Source of the DNA: Patescibacteria group bacterium
Lineage (GTDB): Bacteria; Patescibacteriota; Patescibacteriia; Patescibacteriales; UBA12465
Assembly: GCA_041651355.1 (NCBI GenBank)
Contig: JBAZJK010000001.1
Location: forward strand, 485,883-549,882
Reading direction: 5' to 3'
DNA: 64,000 nt
The translations under genes were made by a program, and so were the position numbers. The notes beneath the pieces were generated by a model that was not told the DNA's origin, did not search any database, and saw only the letters and a list, made by a program, of their open reading frames with translations. Below, piece by piece: positions 53,116 to 61,745 of the stretch (the stretch's first letter is position 1; every line of letters begins with the position of its first letter).

Positions 53116-53865
53116 CTAGATAAATAATATCTTAAGCAGCCACATGATGAAAATCCCGAACACTATGAATAATAATTGCAGGAAAGATTTGATCGGCCTG
53201 GTTTCTTTGTTTAGCTCCGGGATTAAGTCAGCGGTCGCGATATAAATAAAACCGCCGGCCGTAAAAGCCAGGATAAAATCAGTAAAACCAAGCAGACCAT
53301 TATTAAAAGCCAAAGCTACAGCCGCACCCAAAATTGCCGAAAGAGCGGTCAAAAAGTTAAGCCATAAAGCCCGCCGTCGGGAATAGCCGGCATAAATCAG
53401 GACGCCAAAGTTACCGATTTCCTGAGGAATTTCATGAGCGATGACCGCAATCAAGGTAGCCAAGCCTAAGGGCCAGCTGGCCAAGAATGAACCGGCGATT
53501 ATCAGACCATCAAAAAAATTATGAAAAGTATCACCCACTAGATTCATCATGCCCAGATGATGCGGATGCTCTTGACTGGTAGGCACATGGCAATGGCGCC
53601 AATGGATTATCTTCTCTAGGATGAAGAAGATTAAGAGGCCGCCCATCAAGCAGAACCAAATCCCTAAGCCCTGATCATCGCCGGCGCTTATCTCTGGTAT
53701 TAGGTGGATAAAGACATCACCAATCAAAGTGCCGGCCGACAAGCTAACTAAGAAGAATACCAGTTTTTTCAAGACTGTCTGAGAGAATGATAAAAAAAAG
53801 ACCCCGACCAAAGATATGGCCGAAACCAGAACCACGCTACCGAAAATATAAAAATAATTAACCAT
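53116..53865 (-). CDS. ZIP-family divalent metal (zinc) transporter
   Basis: HEIPQEIGNFGVL motif, a His-rich loop (HCHVPTSQEHPHHLG), and about 8 TM segments. Confidence 0.8.
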   Translation of the reverse strand: MVNYFYIFGSVVLVSAISLVGVFFLSFSQTVLKKLVFFLVSLSAGTLIGDVFIHLIPEISAGDDQGLGIWFCLMGGLLIFFILEKIIHWRHCHVPTSQEHPHHLGMMNLVGDTFHNFFDGLIIAGSFLASWPLGLATLIAVIAHEIPQEIGNFGVLIYAGYSRRRALWLNFLTALSAILGAAVALAFNNGLLGFTDFILAFTAGGFIYIATADLIPELNKETRPIKSFLQLLFIVFGIFIMWLLKILFI

Positions 53866-54001
53866 ATAAATATTATGACAAGCCAGGGAGAAAATTTCAA
53901 GCTCAGGTAATTTGACTTTTGGGGCTTAAAATGGTAAAACAAAAACACAAGTCCAAAGCAAGATCTTTATCAATTCATATCAATATAGGAGGACAAATCC
54001 A

Positions 54002-55057
54002 ATGAAAAAGAACAAATTTTTAGAAGACTTCGTCTTTATTATCGGGACCGGAAATCCTGAACTAGGCTGGAAGATAATCACCTGGATCGGCGAAAACATG
54101 AACTCCAACATCACGCCCTTACACCTAAACTTCGACACCCACCCCGACAATGAACCGAACTTCAAAATCGTCGACAATCACAAGATTAAAGGTAAAATCG
54201 TCATTATCATCGAAAGTGTATATGCCGAATCCCCAGAACTAGAAACAAACCTCTTCCAATTACTATGGGCAACTAAATACCAATACGGGGCCAAGGGCAT
54301 CATCCTGGTTATACCTTTTATGAAATACCGTCGCCAAGACCATCCAGAAAAAATGGATGAAATCCACCGTAACCGTTATTTTATCCACCAATTAAAAAAT
54401 AACGGGGTCGACGCTCTTCTTCTCTGCGATATCCATTCTCGGGAAACCTTAAAGAACTGTCAGGAAGAAGGCCTGCGAGCAGAAACCGTTTCCAGCGCCC
54501 ACGCCTTTGCCGATCAGTTGCGCCCTCAAGTTGTTATTGCTAGAAGTGAAGGTCGTAAATTCTATATTTTCTGTCCGGACGAAGGCTCTTTGCGCCGGAA
54601 TATAATCTTAGCTAAACTCCTGGATGTCCCCATCCTCATCATCCTGAAAAAACGTCTACCTAACGGCCAGCTGGAAGTCTACCGCGATGATGAACGAATT
54701 GCGGCTTTATCCAAAGAATACGACCTGCCAATTCTATGGCCGGAAGCGGAATTAATCAAAGACGCCACCATATGCCTATCGGACGATGAAGTCGCGACTG
54801 GACGCACAGCTACAACCACTGGCCGCGAACTTCTAAAACAAGGAGCGAAAGAAGTAGAATTCTGTTCTACTCACCCCGTTTGCACTCCGGGTTGGAAAGC
54901 GGAAGTGATTAATAGCGAAATCTTTTCTATGATACTATTCGGCAACACCATCCCTCGCGATTACAAAAAACGGACGGGTAAAAAAGTCACTGACGTTTCT
55001 CTCCATTGGATCCTAGCACCCAAGCTCCTAAGCCTGATGGCGGAAATGAAATTTTAA
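54002..55057 (+). CDS. divergent ribose-phosphate pyrophosphokinase (Prs) family protein
   Basis: Collinear with Prs: GNPELGWKI, HPDNEPNFKI (compare FSDGE), VIPFMKYRRQDHPE (compare IPYFGYARQDR), LLCDIHS (compare VDLHA), LSDDEVATGRTA (PRPP loop). GGAGG lies 9 nt upstream of ATG. Confidence 0.65.
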   Translation: MKKNKFLEDFVFIIGTGNPELGWKIITWIGENMNSNITPLHLNFDTHPDNEPNFKIVDNHKIKGKIVIIIESVYAESPELETNLFQLLWATKYQYGAKGIILVIPFMKYRRQDHPEKMDEIHRNRYFIHQLKNNGVDALLLCDIHSRETLKNCQEEGLRAETVSSAHAFADQLRPQVVIARSEGRKFYIFCPDEGSLRRNIILAKLLDVPILIILKKRLPNGQLEVYRDDERIAALSKEYDLPILWPEAELIKDATICLSDDEVATGRTATTTGRELLKQGAKEVEFCSTHPVCTPGWKAEVINSEIFSMILFGNTIPRDYKKRTGKKVTDVSLHWILAPKLLSLMAEMKF

Positions 55058-55061
55058 AACC

Positions 55062-55089
55062 AAGCCAAACTGAAAAAGTTTGGCTTTTT
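55062..55089 (+). terminator. rho-independent terminator after the Prs-like gene
   Basis: AAGCCAAACT-gaaaa-AGTTTGGCTT (10-bp stem) followed by TTTA. Confidence 0.7.
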
Positions 55090-55118
55090 AAGAATCTCCA
55101 ACCAGATGCAAAAAACAT

Positions 55119-55147
55119 TTGACGCCATTTTTAAAAAAGACTATAAT
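55119..55147 (+). promoter_or_regulatory. sigma70 promoter of the csoR-copA operon
   Basis: TTGACG (55119-55124), 17 nt, TATAAT (55142-55147). Confidence 0.6.
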
Positions 55148-55149
55148 AC

Positions 55150-55172
55150 TACCTATACCCCAGGTATGGGTA
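55150..55172 (+). promoter_or_regulatory. candidate CsoR operator
   Basis: TACCTATACC-CCA-GGTATGGGTA is a pseudo-palindrome (18 of 23 positions self-complementary) with core ATACC-N3-GGTAT. It lies immediately after the -10 hexamer. Confidence 0.55.
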
Positions 55173-55186
55173 ATAAATAAAAATAT

Positions 55187-55459
55187 ATGATACATGACAA
55201 ACAAAAGATCAACACTAATTTCAAAAAGGCTAAAAGCTCGATCGACAGCCTGATAAACATGGTAGACTCGGGCGAATATTGCATCAACATCATGCAACAG
55301 AACTTGGCTGTCATCGGCCTGCTCAAATCCGCCCATCAGATGCTCTTAAGCAACCATCTTAAGACTTGCTTCAAGAATGCCATGGCCTCAAAAAACGAGA
55401 GGATTAAAAAACGTATGGTAGAGGAAATCCTGAAAGTTAATAAATTAGCTAACAAATAA
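55187..55459 (+). CDS. csoR: CsoR-family copper-sensing repressor
   Basis: DUF156 pattern: KKAKSSIDSLINMVDSGEYCINIMQQNLAVIGLLKSAHQMLLSNHLKTC (C...H...C ligand set). Confidence 0.8.
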   Translation: MIHDKQKINTNFKKAKSSIDSLINMVDSGEYCINIMQQNLAVIGLLKSAHQMLLSNHLKTCFKNAMASKNERIKKRMVEEILKVNKLANK

Positions 55460-55460
55460 T

Positions 55461-56912
55461 ATGGCTCAACAAAAAATCATCCTACCGATTTCTGGCCTGC
55501 ATTGCCGTTCCTGCGAACTACTCCTAGAAGATGGATTAAGCCGGGTTAAAAACGTTAAGGGGGTGAAGGTTAGCCATAAGTTGGGTCAAGCAGAGATAAG
55601 CTATGACCAGGAAACTCCTGATCTAAAAACCCTGAGCCAAAGCGTCGAAGAACTGGGATATAAGATAGGTTCTAATAAAAATAAGAACAAATTGAATTCT
55701 TCCCTACTCATCTTGGCCGCCATCCTGATTATTTTCTTCTTGATAAATTATTTCGGCCTGCTCAATTTTAATCTCGACTGGCTGCAATCAGAACTAAGCT
55801 GGCCCCTCGCGCTTCTGGTCGGCTTGGTAGCGGGCATTTCGACTTGCATGGCTTTGGTGGGTGGATTAGTCCTGGCTTTAGCGACCGATTATGCCAAGCG
55901 GCACCCTCAAGCCAAGGCTCGCCAAAGATTCCAACCGCATCTGATATTTAATCTGGGGCGCATCATTGGTTTCTTTATTTTAGGAGCTGTCCTCGGCTGG
56001 CTTGGCGCCGGTTTTAAATTTTCCCACATCACTAATGGCATCATCAGCTTGATAATCGGTGGTGTCATCTTATTCCTCGGCCTGAAATTACTAGGCTTTT
56101 TCTCTAATTATGACCTAGCACTACCCAAGCTAATCAGCCGCCGGCTTGGTTTGAAACCGGATGGCGGTAAATATAAAAACTGGCGAACTATGATCCTGGG
56201 AGCTCTAACCTTCTTCGTTCCCTGCGGCTTCACCCAAGCGATGCAGGTCTACGCCTTGGGTAGCGGAGATTTCTTAAGCGGCGGCCTGATTATGGCGGCC
56301 TTCGCCCTGGGAACGGCTCCGGGTTTATTAGGCGTCGGCGGCTTGGCGGCTTTAATCAAAGGGAAAAGGGCGGAAATATTCTATAAGATCGCCGCTATAG
56401 TTATCATCGTATTCGCCCTGCTTAACCTTAACAACGGCTATAACCTGCTTAAGCTGAACCCTGGGAAAAGTATTAAGAAAACCGCAACCATCCTTGATCA
56501 AAATGTCGAAACTACCGAAAATCTTCAAATCATCAGAATGACAGAAAACTCCCGCGGTTATTCTCCTAATCGCTTCACTATCAAACAGGATATCCCAGTA
56601 AGATTGATAATCGACGCTAAGGCCCCCTATTCCTGTGCTAGCGCTTTCATCATTCCTTCTCTTAATATTTCACGCCAACTAAAAGCCGGAGAGAATATTA
56701 TTGAATTCACTCCTAAACAGACGGGGAACATTCCCTTCTCTTGCTCAATGGGAATGTACACCGGTAATTTCCGGGTCGTCTCCGAGGATGAAACTGATAA
56801 TCAGGATCAAAGCACCAGTTTAGATCTCGAGTTAACACAGAATAGTGGCGGCACTTGCGGCCAAATAAAAAATAATAATATAAATACAAATAGCGGCGGA
56901 TCATGCCATTAA
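55461..56912 (+). CDS. HMA domain + DsbD/TauE-like membrane domain + C-terminal cupredoxin-like domain protein
   Basis: N-terminal GLHCRSCELLLE (CxxC HMA). Polytopic middle with FFVPCGFTQAMQ. C-terminus YSPNRFTIKQDIPVRLII...PFSCSMGMYTGNFRVV. Confidence 0.65.
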   Translation: MAQQKIILPISGLHCRSCELLLEDGLSRVKNVKGVKVSHKLGQAEISYDQETPDLKTLSQSVEELGYKIGSNKNKNKLNSSLLILAAILIIFFLINYFGLLNFNLDWLQSELSWPLALLVGLVAGISTCMALVGGLVLALATDYAKRHPQAKARQRFQPHLIFNLGRIIGFFILGAVLGWLGAGFKFSHITNGIISLIIGGVILFLGLKLLGFFSNYDLALPKLISRRLGLKPDGGKYKNWRTMILGALTFFVPCGFTQAMQVYALGSGDFLSGGLIMAAFALGTAPGLLGVGGLAALIKGKRAEIFYKIAAIVIIVFALLNLNNGYNLLKLNPGKSIKKTATILDQNVETTENLQIIRMTENSRGYSPNRFTIKQDIPVRLIIDAKAPYSCASAFIIPSLNISRQLKAGENIIEFTPKQTGNIPFSCSMGMYTGNFRVVSEDETDNQDQSTSLDLELTQNSGGTCGQIKNNNINTNSGGSCH

Positions 56913-56916
56913 ACAT

Positions 56917-59175
56917 ATGGAGAAAACTATTAATATCGGCGTCAGCGGCCTGCACTGCTCAGCTTGCGCTCGCACCGTAGAGAAAGAAATCGGACGCCAT
57001 CCGGAAATAAAAGCGGTGGCTGTTAATCCTCTAACTGAACAAGCTGAAATAAAATATCAAGGAGAAAACCTGGATGTCGCCAAGCTGAACGTGAGCCTGA
57101 ATAAACTAGGCTATCAACTACAAACAAATAAAAAAGCCGAACAATCATCCCTGTCTGATATCAAGTCGCAAAAATTACAAGAACTGAAGCAACAGAAAAA
57201 TAAGCTGAAAGTCGCCGTCCCTCTAGCATCGATCCTGCTGCTTTCACTATTCTGGATGATCGGGGCTAAATATTTCACCCTCCCGTTCCCTCTGCTTATT
57301 CCCGAACCATTTTTTACCCCCCTGACTTTTGCGGTGGCGACCTTAATCCTTTTCTGGACCGGTCTTGATTTCCTGAGAGCAGTTAGCAGATTTTTTCTTC
57401 ACGGCCGTCCTAATATGGACACCCTGATCGGCCTAGGCACGGGGGTCGCCTATTTTTACTCCACTATTATCTTCCTCTTGCCTGATCTCCGGCAAGCCCT
57501 CAATCTCGCTCCGATGTACTTCTTCGATGTCACGGTCGTGGTCATAACCTTCGTCTATCTGGGGAAATACTTAGAGAATAAGGCTAAATTCAAAACTAAT
57601 GAAGTCATCGAGAAACTGCTTAATCTCCAAGTCAAAACCGCTTGGATAGAAAAAGATGGTCAGAGTCGAGAAATTCCTTTAGACCAGTTAGCAGTCGGCG
57701 ATATCGTCGTCGTTAAGCCGGGCATGAAAATACCAGCGGACGGAGAGATAGTTTTTGGCGCCTCAGCCATCGATGAATCGATGATTACCGGGGAGTCTCT
57801 GCCGGTTGATAAGAAGGCCGGTGACCTGGTTATCGGCTCGACCATTAATCAGCAGGGCTTGATAAAGATCAGGATCACTAAAGTCGGCAGCGAAACCATC
57901 TTGGCTAATATTGTTAAAGCGATCGAGCGGGCACAAAATTCAAAAGCTCCCATCCAAAAAATGGCTGATAGAGTATCAGGCGTATTTGTCCCAATTGTTC
58001 TAATAATTTCTGCGCTTACCTTGTTGCTCTGGTTAACTATCGGCTCTCGTTTCTTGCCTTGGCCGGATACGGTTAGCCTAGCCATCACCTGCTTCGTCAG
58101 CGTACTCGCTATTGCCTGCCCTTGCGCCTTAGGACTAGCTACTCCTACCGGCATCATGGTCGGTTTAGGTCTAGCTAGTAAGAACGGTTTTCTGGTCAAG
58201 AACGCCGAGAGCTTAGAAAAATTGGGAAAAGTCCAAGCGATTGCCTTGGATAAGACTGGAACAATTACCAGAGGTAAACCGGAATTAACCGATATCATAC
58301 CTATCCAAGGAACAAGCAATGAAATCCTTAAAGTGGCGGCTTCTCTAGAAAATAATTCCGACCACCCCTTAGCTCACGCCATCGTTAAGCACGCGCAAAA
58401 AGAAAATACCAGCCTGGAAGATGTTAATAATTTCAGCAATTTCCCCGGCCAAGGACTAAGCGGAGAGATTAGAAATAAAAAATACTATCTTGGTAATATG
58501 ACCCTCAATCCCCTGAACCAAGAAAAGATAGAAGAAAAGATGAAAAGCTTAGCTAAACAGGGTAAAACCCCTCTTATCTTAAGCGATGAAGAAAAAATCA
58601 TGGGTATTATTGCCATAGCTGATACTATCAAGCCTGATGCCATCAAAGCTATCTCGGATCTCCATAAGCTAGGGTTAAAAGTTATTATGTTGACCGGCGA
58701 CAAAAAAGAAAGTGCTCAATATATCGCTGAACAGGTACGGATTGATGAGGTAATCGCTGAAGTCACGCCTTTAAACAAAGAAGGCAAGATACAAAATCTA
58801 AAAAACCAAGGCTACATTACAGCTATGATCGGTGATGGAATTAATGATGCCGTTGCTTTAAGCAGCGCCGATATCGGTATCGCTATGGCTAACGGTTCGG
58901 ACATCGCCATTGAAGCGGCTGATATTACTATTCTGCACGGAGATCTTAGCAAGATAAGCAAAGCCATCAAACTCTCGCGCTTGACTATCAGAAAAATCAA
59001 ACAAAACCTATTCTGGGCCTTCTTCTATAATATCATCTCTATCCCGATCGCAGCCGGGCTTCTCTACCCTGTTTTCGGTTGGCTGCTCAGCCCGGTGATA
59101 GCCGCTGGAGCCATGTCCCTTTCTTCGCTTAGCATTGTCACTAATACGCTGCTGATGAGGAAGGTAAAACTATAA
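56917..59175 (+). CDS. copA: copper-translocating P1B-type ATPase
   Basis: HMA GLHCSACARTVE, TGES, CPCALGLATP, DKTGTIT and GDGINDA. Confidence 0.92.
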   Translation: MEKTINIGVSGLHCSACARTVEKEIGRHPEIKAVAVNPLTEQAEIKYQGENLDVAKLNVSLNKLGYQLQTNKKAEQSSLSDIKSQKLQELKQQKNKLKVAVPLASILLLSLFWMIGAKYFTLPFPLLIPEPFFTPLTFAVATLILFWTGLDFLRAVSRFFLHGRPNMDTLIGLGTGVAYFYSTIIFLLPDLRQALNLAPMYFFDVTVVVITFVYLGKYLENKAKFKTNEVIEKLLNLQVKTAWIEKDGQSREIPLDQLAVGDIVVVKPGMKIPADGEIVFGASAIDESMITGESLPVDKKAGDLVIGSTINQQGLIKIRITKVGSETILANIVKAIERAQNSKAPIQKMADRVSGVFVPIVLIISALTLLLWLTIGSRFLPWPDTVSLAITCFVSVLAIACPCALGLATPTGIMVGLGLASKNGFLVKNAESLEKLGKVQAIALDKTGTITRGKPELTDIIPIQGTSNEILKVAASLENNSDHPLAHAIVKHAQKENTSLEDVNNFSNFPGQGLSGEIRNKKYYLGNMTLNPLNQEKIEEKMKSLAKQGKTPLILSDEEKIMGIIAIADTIKPDAIKAISDLHKLGLKVIMLTGDKKESAQYIAEQVRIDEVIAEVTPLNKEGKIQNLKNQGYITAMIGDGINDAVALSSADIGIAMANGSDIAIEAADITILHGDLSKISKAIKLSRLTIRKIKQNLFWAFFYNIISIPIAAGLLYPVFGWLLSPVIAAGAMSLSSLSIVTNTLLMRKVKL

Positions 59176-59190
59176 GCAAGGATTAAAAAA

Positions 59191-59215
59191 AGAGCCAGTT
59201 TCTAGAACTGGCTCT
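59191..59215. terminator. bidirectional rho-independent terminator (copA / GHKL gene convergent)
   Basis: AAAAAAA-AGAGCCAGTT-tctag-AACTGGCTCT-TCTATT. The 10-bp perfect stem has a T7 run on the minus-strand side. Confidence 0.75.
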
Positions 59216-59231
59216 TCTATTATAAAGAGCG

Positions 59232-60905
59232 TTAAGATATTCGACGACCGACTTCAGCCTTGGCTTTCCGAGGGTGAAGGGCTGAACTGGACATGATCAG
59301 GATGACGGCGGTCCGGAGTTCCCTTTGCAGGAACTCAAAGATTGCCTGGCGGGTGGCTGGCGGCTCTAAGCACATTTCCAACGCTTTAACGGCGATGTAC
59401 TCTTGATACAGGATCAAGTTGCGCTCGTTAGCTTCCATTTTCGCCCAAAGATCGCTTCTCATGTTGAAGGTTAGAATCCCGGTCTCCTCTTCGAATTCCC
59501 AGTGGTGGTCGTTACCCGGCATTTCTTCGTAGCAGAACTGTACCCCCGTGGAATGTCCACGAACCAAGCGACGACGACCGCCTTTTGGTCCAGAAACGCT
59601 GAAAGGCATATGTTCCGGATGATCGGAATCAGGTAGCTTAGGCGTTTTAGCCTTAGGGCTAGATTTGCCGCCACCACCGACCTGATTAGTGTCTTTGGTC
59701 TTGAAACCTTGTTCCTTACCGGCGAAATCAAAGCCGTTGTGACCGGCACCGATGTTACCGACTTTGAAGGTTTTAACCACGTTCAGAAGATGAGGCATCT
59801 CAGCCCGCAACTTTTCTTCCAGGTTCTTAATAGCAACCTGCCCGATAGCTTGCAACCACACATCCCGGGTGCTGTCTTTAGCAGCAATGATATGTTGTTG
59901 GCCATGGTTTTCCACCCAGGAATCAAGATGGATGCAAAACTCCACCAAAGCTTCGTCTTCACGGAACTCTTTACGATTCTGGTGTAAGGTGCAGGCACTC
60001 GATAATATCTGGCCTTCGAAGAAACCGGAAGCTAGGACGTTGACGGTTTCAGAATTGGCAATACCCTCGATGGATCTCCTAAAAACCGACATCGGGATAC
60101 GGAAGTCGTTTCCTTTGACCCCAAAGATGACAACGCCTCTACGACCGGCTTTAGTTTTGGGAGAAACATAGAGTTCAAAAGTCGTTTGACCGGACATCTT
60201 GTCGCCATAGGCGACTGCTTCCAATTTCTGTCCCTTAAACTGGGCGGCTTGGAAGTTCAGCTCCTCTACTTTCTTGTCGGAGCGCTTGATGCGCAGATGA
60301 ATAGTCACATTGAGACGCTTCATAGCCTCGGAAAATTGGCCGAGAATCAAGGAACGCAAATCCTCTAAGCCGACAGCGTTAATGCTGTTGTCTTTAGAGA
60401 AACCATACAAACGGACTTCTGTCCGCCAAGGAACCGGCTTCTTATTAGGACCGGCGCGGCCAGTCAAAGAAAAAAGGATCTCAGGAGCATCTTGCCGTAA
60501 GATCTCAGAAAACTCACTGCTTTCCAAGATTTCCTGGCTGTTAAAAGTCCAACGGCTATACTTCGATTGCGCAGGAGCCGAGGTGATGATGAAGTACTTG
60601 CATTTGCCTAAGGGTGACAACATGCCGATTCCGAATTGGCCGAGCTTGCCCCGGTCGGTCTTGTTGGATTTGCAGACTAAACTAATAGCCTCACTGAATT
60701 GCGCAGGGGAAATGCCCGAACCATTGTCACGGACATAAATGCTGCGTTGGTTGTAATCTACCGAAATATAAATTTCGTTAGCGTCCGAATCAAGCGAATT
60801 CTGGACTAACTCAAGGATAACCTTGCTTAAGGTGGGATAATTGTCAGTAATGTATTTCAAAGCATTACCAGCATGTACCCCCATAACCACTTTTTGCTGG
60901 CTCAT
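59232..60905 (-). CDS. stand-alone GHKL (Bergerat-fold, HATPase_c_3/MORC-like) ATPase with ~450-aa uncharacterised C-terminal region
   Basis: N box ELVQNSLDS (E32/N36/D39), G1 box VRDNGSGI (D60), G2 box GQFGIGMLS. There is a Gly/Lys/Arg-rich linker (GGGGKSSPKAKTPK...GPKGGRRRLVRG). GGAGG lies 5 nt upstream of ATG. Confidence 0.7.
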   Translation of the reverse strand: MSQQKVVMGVHAGNALKYITDNYPTLSKVILELVQNSLDSDANEIYISVDYNQRSIYVRDNGSGISPAQFSEAISLVCKSNKTDRGKLGQFGIGMLSPLGKCKYFIITSAPAQSKYSRWTFNSQEILESSEFSEILRQDAPEILFSLTGRAGPNKKPVPWRTEVRLYGFSKDNSINAVGLEDLRSLILGQFSEAMKRLNVTIHLRIKRSDKKVEELNFQAAQFKGQKLEAVAYGDKMSGQTTFELYVSPKTKAGRRGVVIFGVKGNDFRIPMSVFRRSIEGIANSETVNVLASGFFEGQILSSACTLHQNRKEFREDEALVEFCIHLDSWVENHGQQHIIAAKDSTRDVWLQAIGQVAIKNLEEKLRAEMPHLLNVVKTFKVGNIGAGHNGFDFAGKEQGFKTKDTNQVGGGGKSSPKAKTPKLPDSDHPEHMPFSVSGPKGGRRRLVRGHSTGVQFCYEEMPGNDHHWEFEEETGILTFNMRSDLWAKMEANERNLILYQEYIAVKALEMCLEPPATRQAIFEFLQRELRTAVILIMSSSALHPRKAKAEVGRRIS

Positions 60906-60923
60906 TTATACCTCCATTATTAA

Positions 60924-61745
60924 TTAGACATTTTTTGATTGCGCCAGTGATTTTTCGCTGCACAGAGCATTAAGCATCTGAGACAAGCGATACACCTGGT
61001 TGGAAATACTGAATAAACTGGTTTTAGCTTCCCGGTTTTCCAGCAAATTACGGAATGTGTGGCGGACAGACGGATCCGACTTTGCAAGACGGTCCAACTG
61101 GGGTTCCAACACCTTGGTGCTTGCGCCAACTACTTGAATCAAAGAAACAAGCAGATCCAAATCAATGGGCGATAGATTGTCGACAAGCTTAGAGGTGGTT
61201 TCCCGACTAAGCTTAAGCCTCGTTTCAACTTGGCTCTGGACGCTCGGTTTTAGGCCGATAAAATAGAAAGCGAAGGAATCGGGCAGATCGAAACTTAAGT
61301 CTCCTGACCAATTGCCGACAAATAACTTTATATCTTTCAACATCTTATCGGAAATAGCCCTCTTACCGAAAATAAGACGGAATAATTCCGACTTTTGAGA
61401 ATAGCCGAGAGACTCAGATACTTCTTCAACATTTGCCTTTTCCAGAGAAACGATAGAAACCAAGCGCCAAACTTCCGGCGGCAAGTCTTCCAGTTCATTC
61501 ATCTGGTAGCCAATCAGGTCGAGAATAAAAATACCCTTAACCAAGCGGAGGCCGATGGGCGAACCCTGTTTTCTCCCCCATACATATAAGCTCTCATTGT
61601 CGCTTAAGCCAAAAAACTTCTGCAGGAAACGCATCTCCTGGGGATTACGACGTGCAATTACCCGGCCAAAAAAATGTCCGAGAGAATCTTTAATGCTCTG
61701 TTTTTCCATGTCATGGTTTTTATGTGTTTTAATTGTAAAGATCAT
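60924..61745 (-). CDS. hypothetical protein with HTH-like segment(s), upstream partner of the GHKL ATPase
   Basis: 273-aa ORF ending 18 nt before the GHKL start. The segment VEEVSESLGYSQKSELFRLIFGKRAISDKMLKDI resembles an XRE-type HTH. Two weaker similar segments are present. An alternative start is ATG 61709 (MEKQ...). Confidence 0.45.
   Translation of the reverse strand: MIFTIKTHKNHDMEKQSIKDSLGHFFGRVIARRNPQEMRFLQKFFGLSDNESLYVWGRKQGSPIGLRLVKGIFILDLIGYQMNELEDLPPEVWRLVSIVSLEKANVEEVSESLGYSQKSELFRLIFGKRAISDKMLKDIKLFVGNWSGDLSFDLPDSFAFYFIGLKPSVQSQVETRLKLSRETTSKLVDNLSPIDLDLLVSLIQVVGASTKVLEPQLDRLAKSDPSVRHTFRNLLENREAKTSLFSISNQVYRLSQMLNALCSEKSLAQSKNV

Noticed and set aside
55088-55336. 82-aa minus-strand ORF across the csoR promoter and 5' end
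   Set aside because: It overlaps a well-supported promoter, operator and csoR coding sequence on the other strand, and it has no motif.
57849-58319. 156-aa minus-strand ORF inside copA (and similar ORFs at 57660, 58485 and 58812)
   Set aside because: These are antisense shadows within a P-type ATPase gene that has all of its signature motifs.
60310-60738. 142-aa plus-strand ORF (and 59709, 59869 and 60186 plus-strand ORFs) inside the GHKL gene
   Set aside because: They are antisense to a long ORF with three ordered Bergerat motifs. I considered an overlapping antisense gene or antitoxin, but there is no start context, SD or motif to support one.
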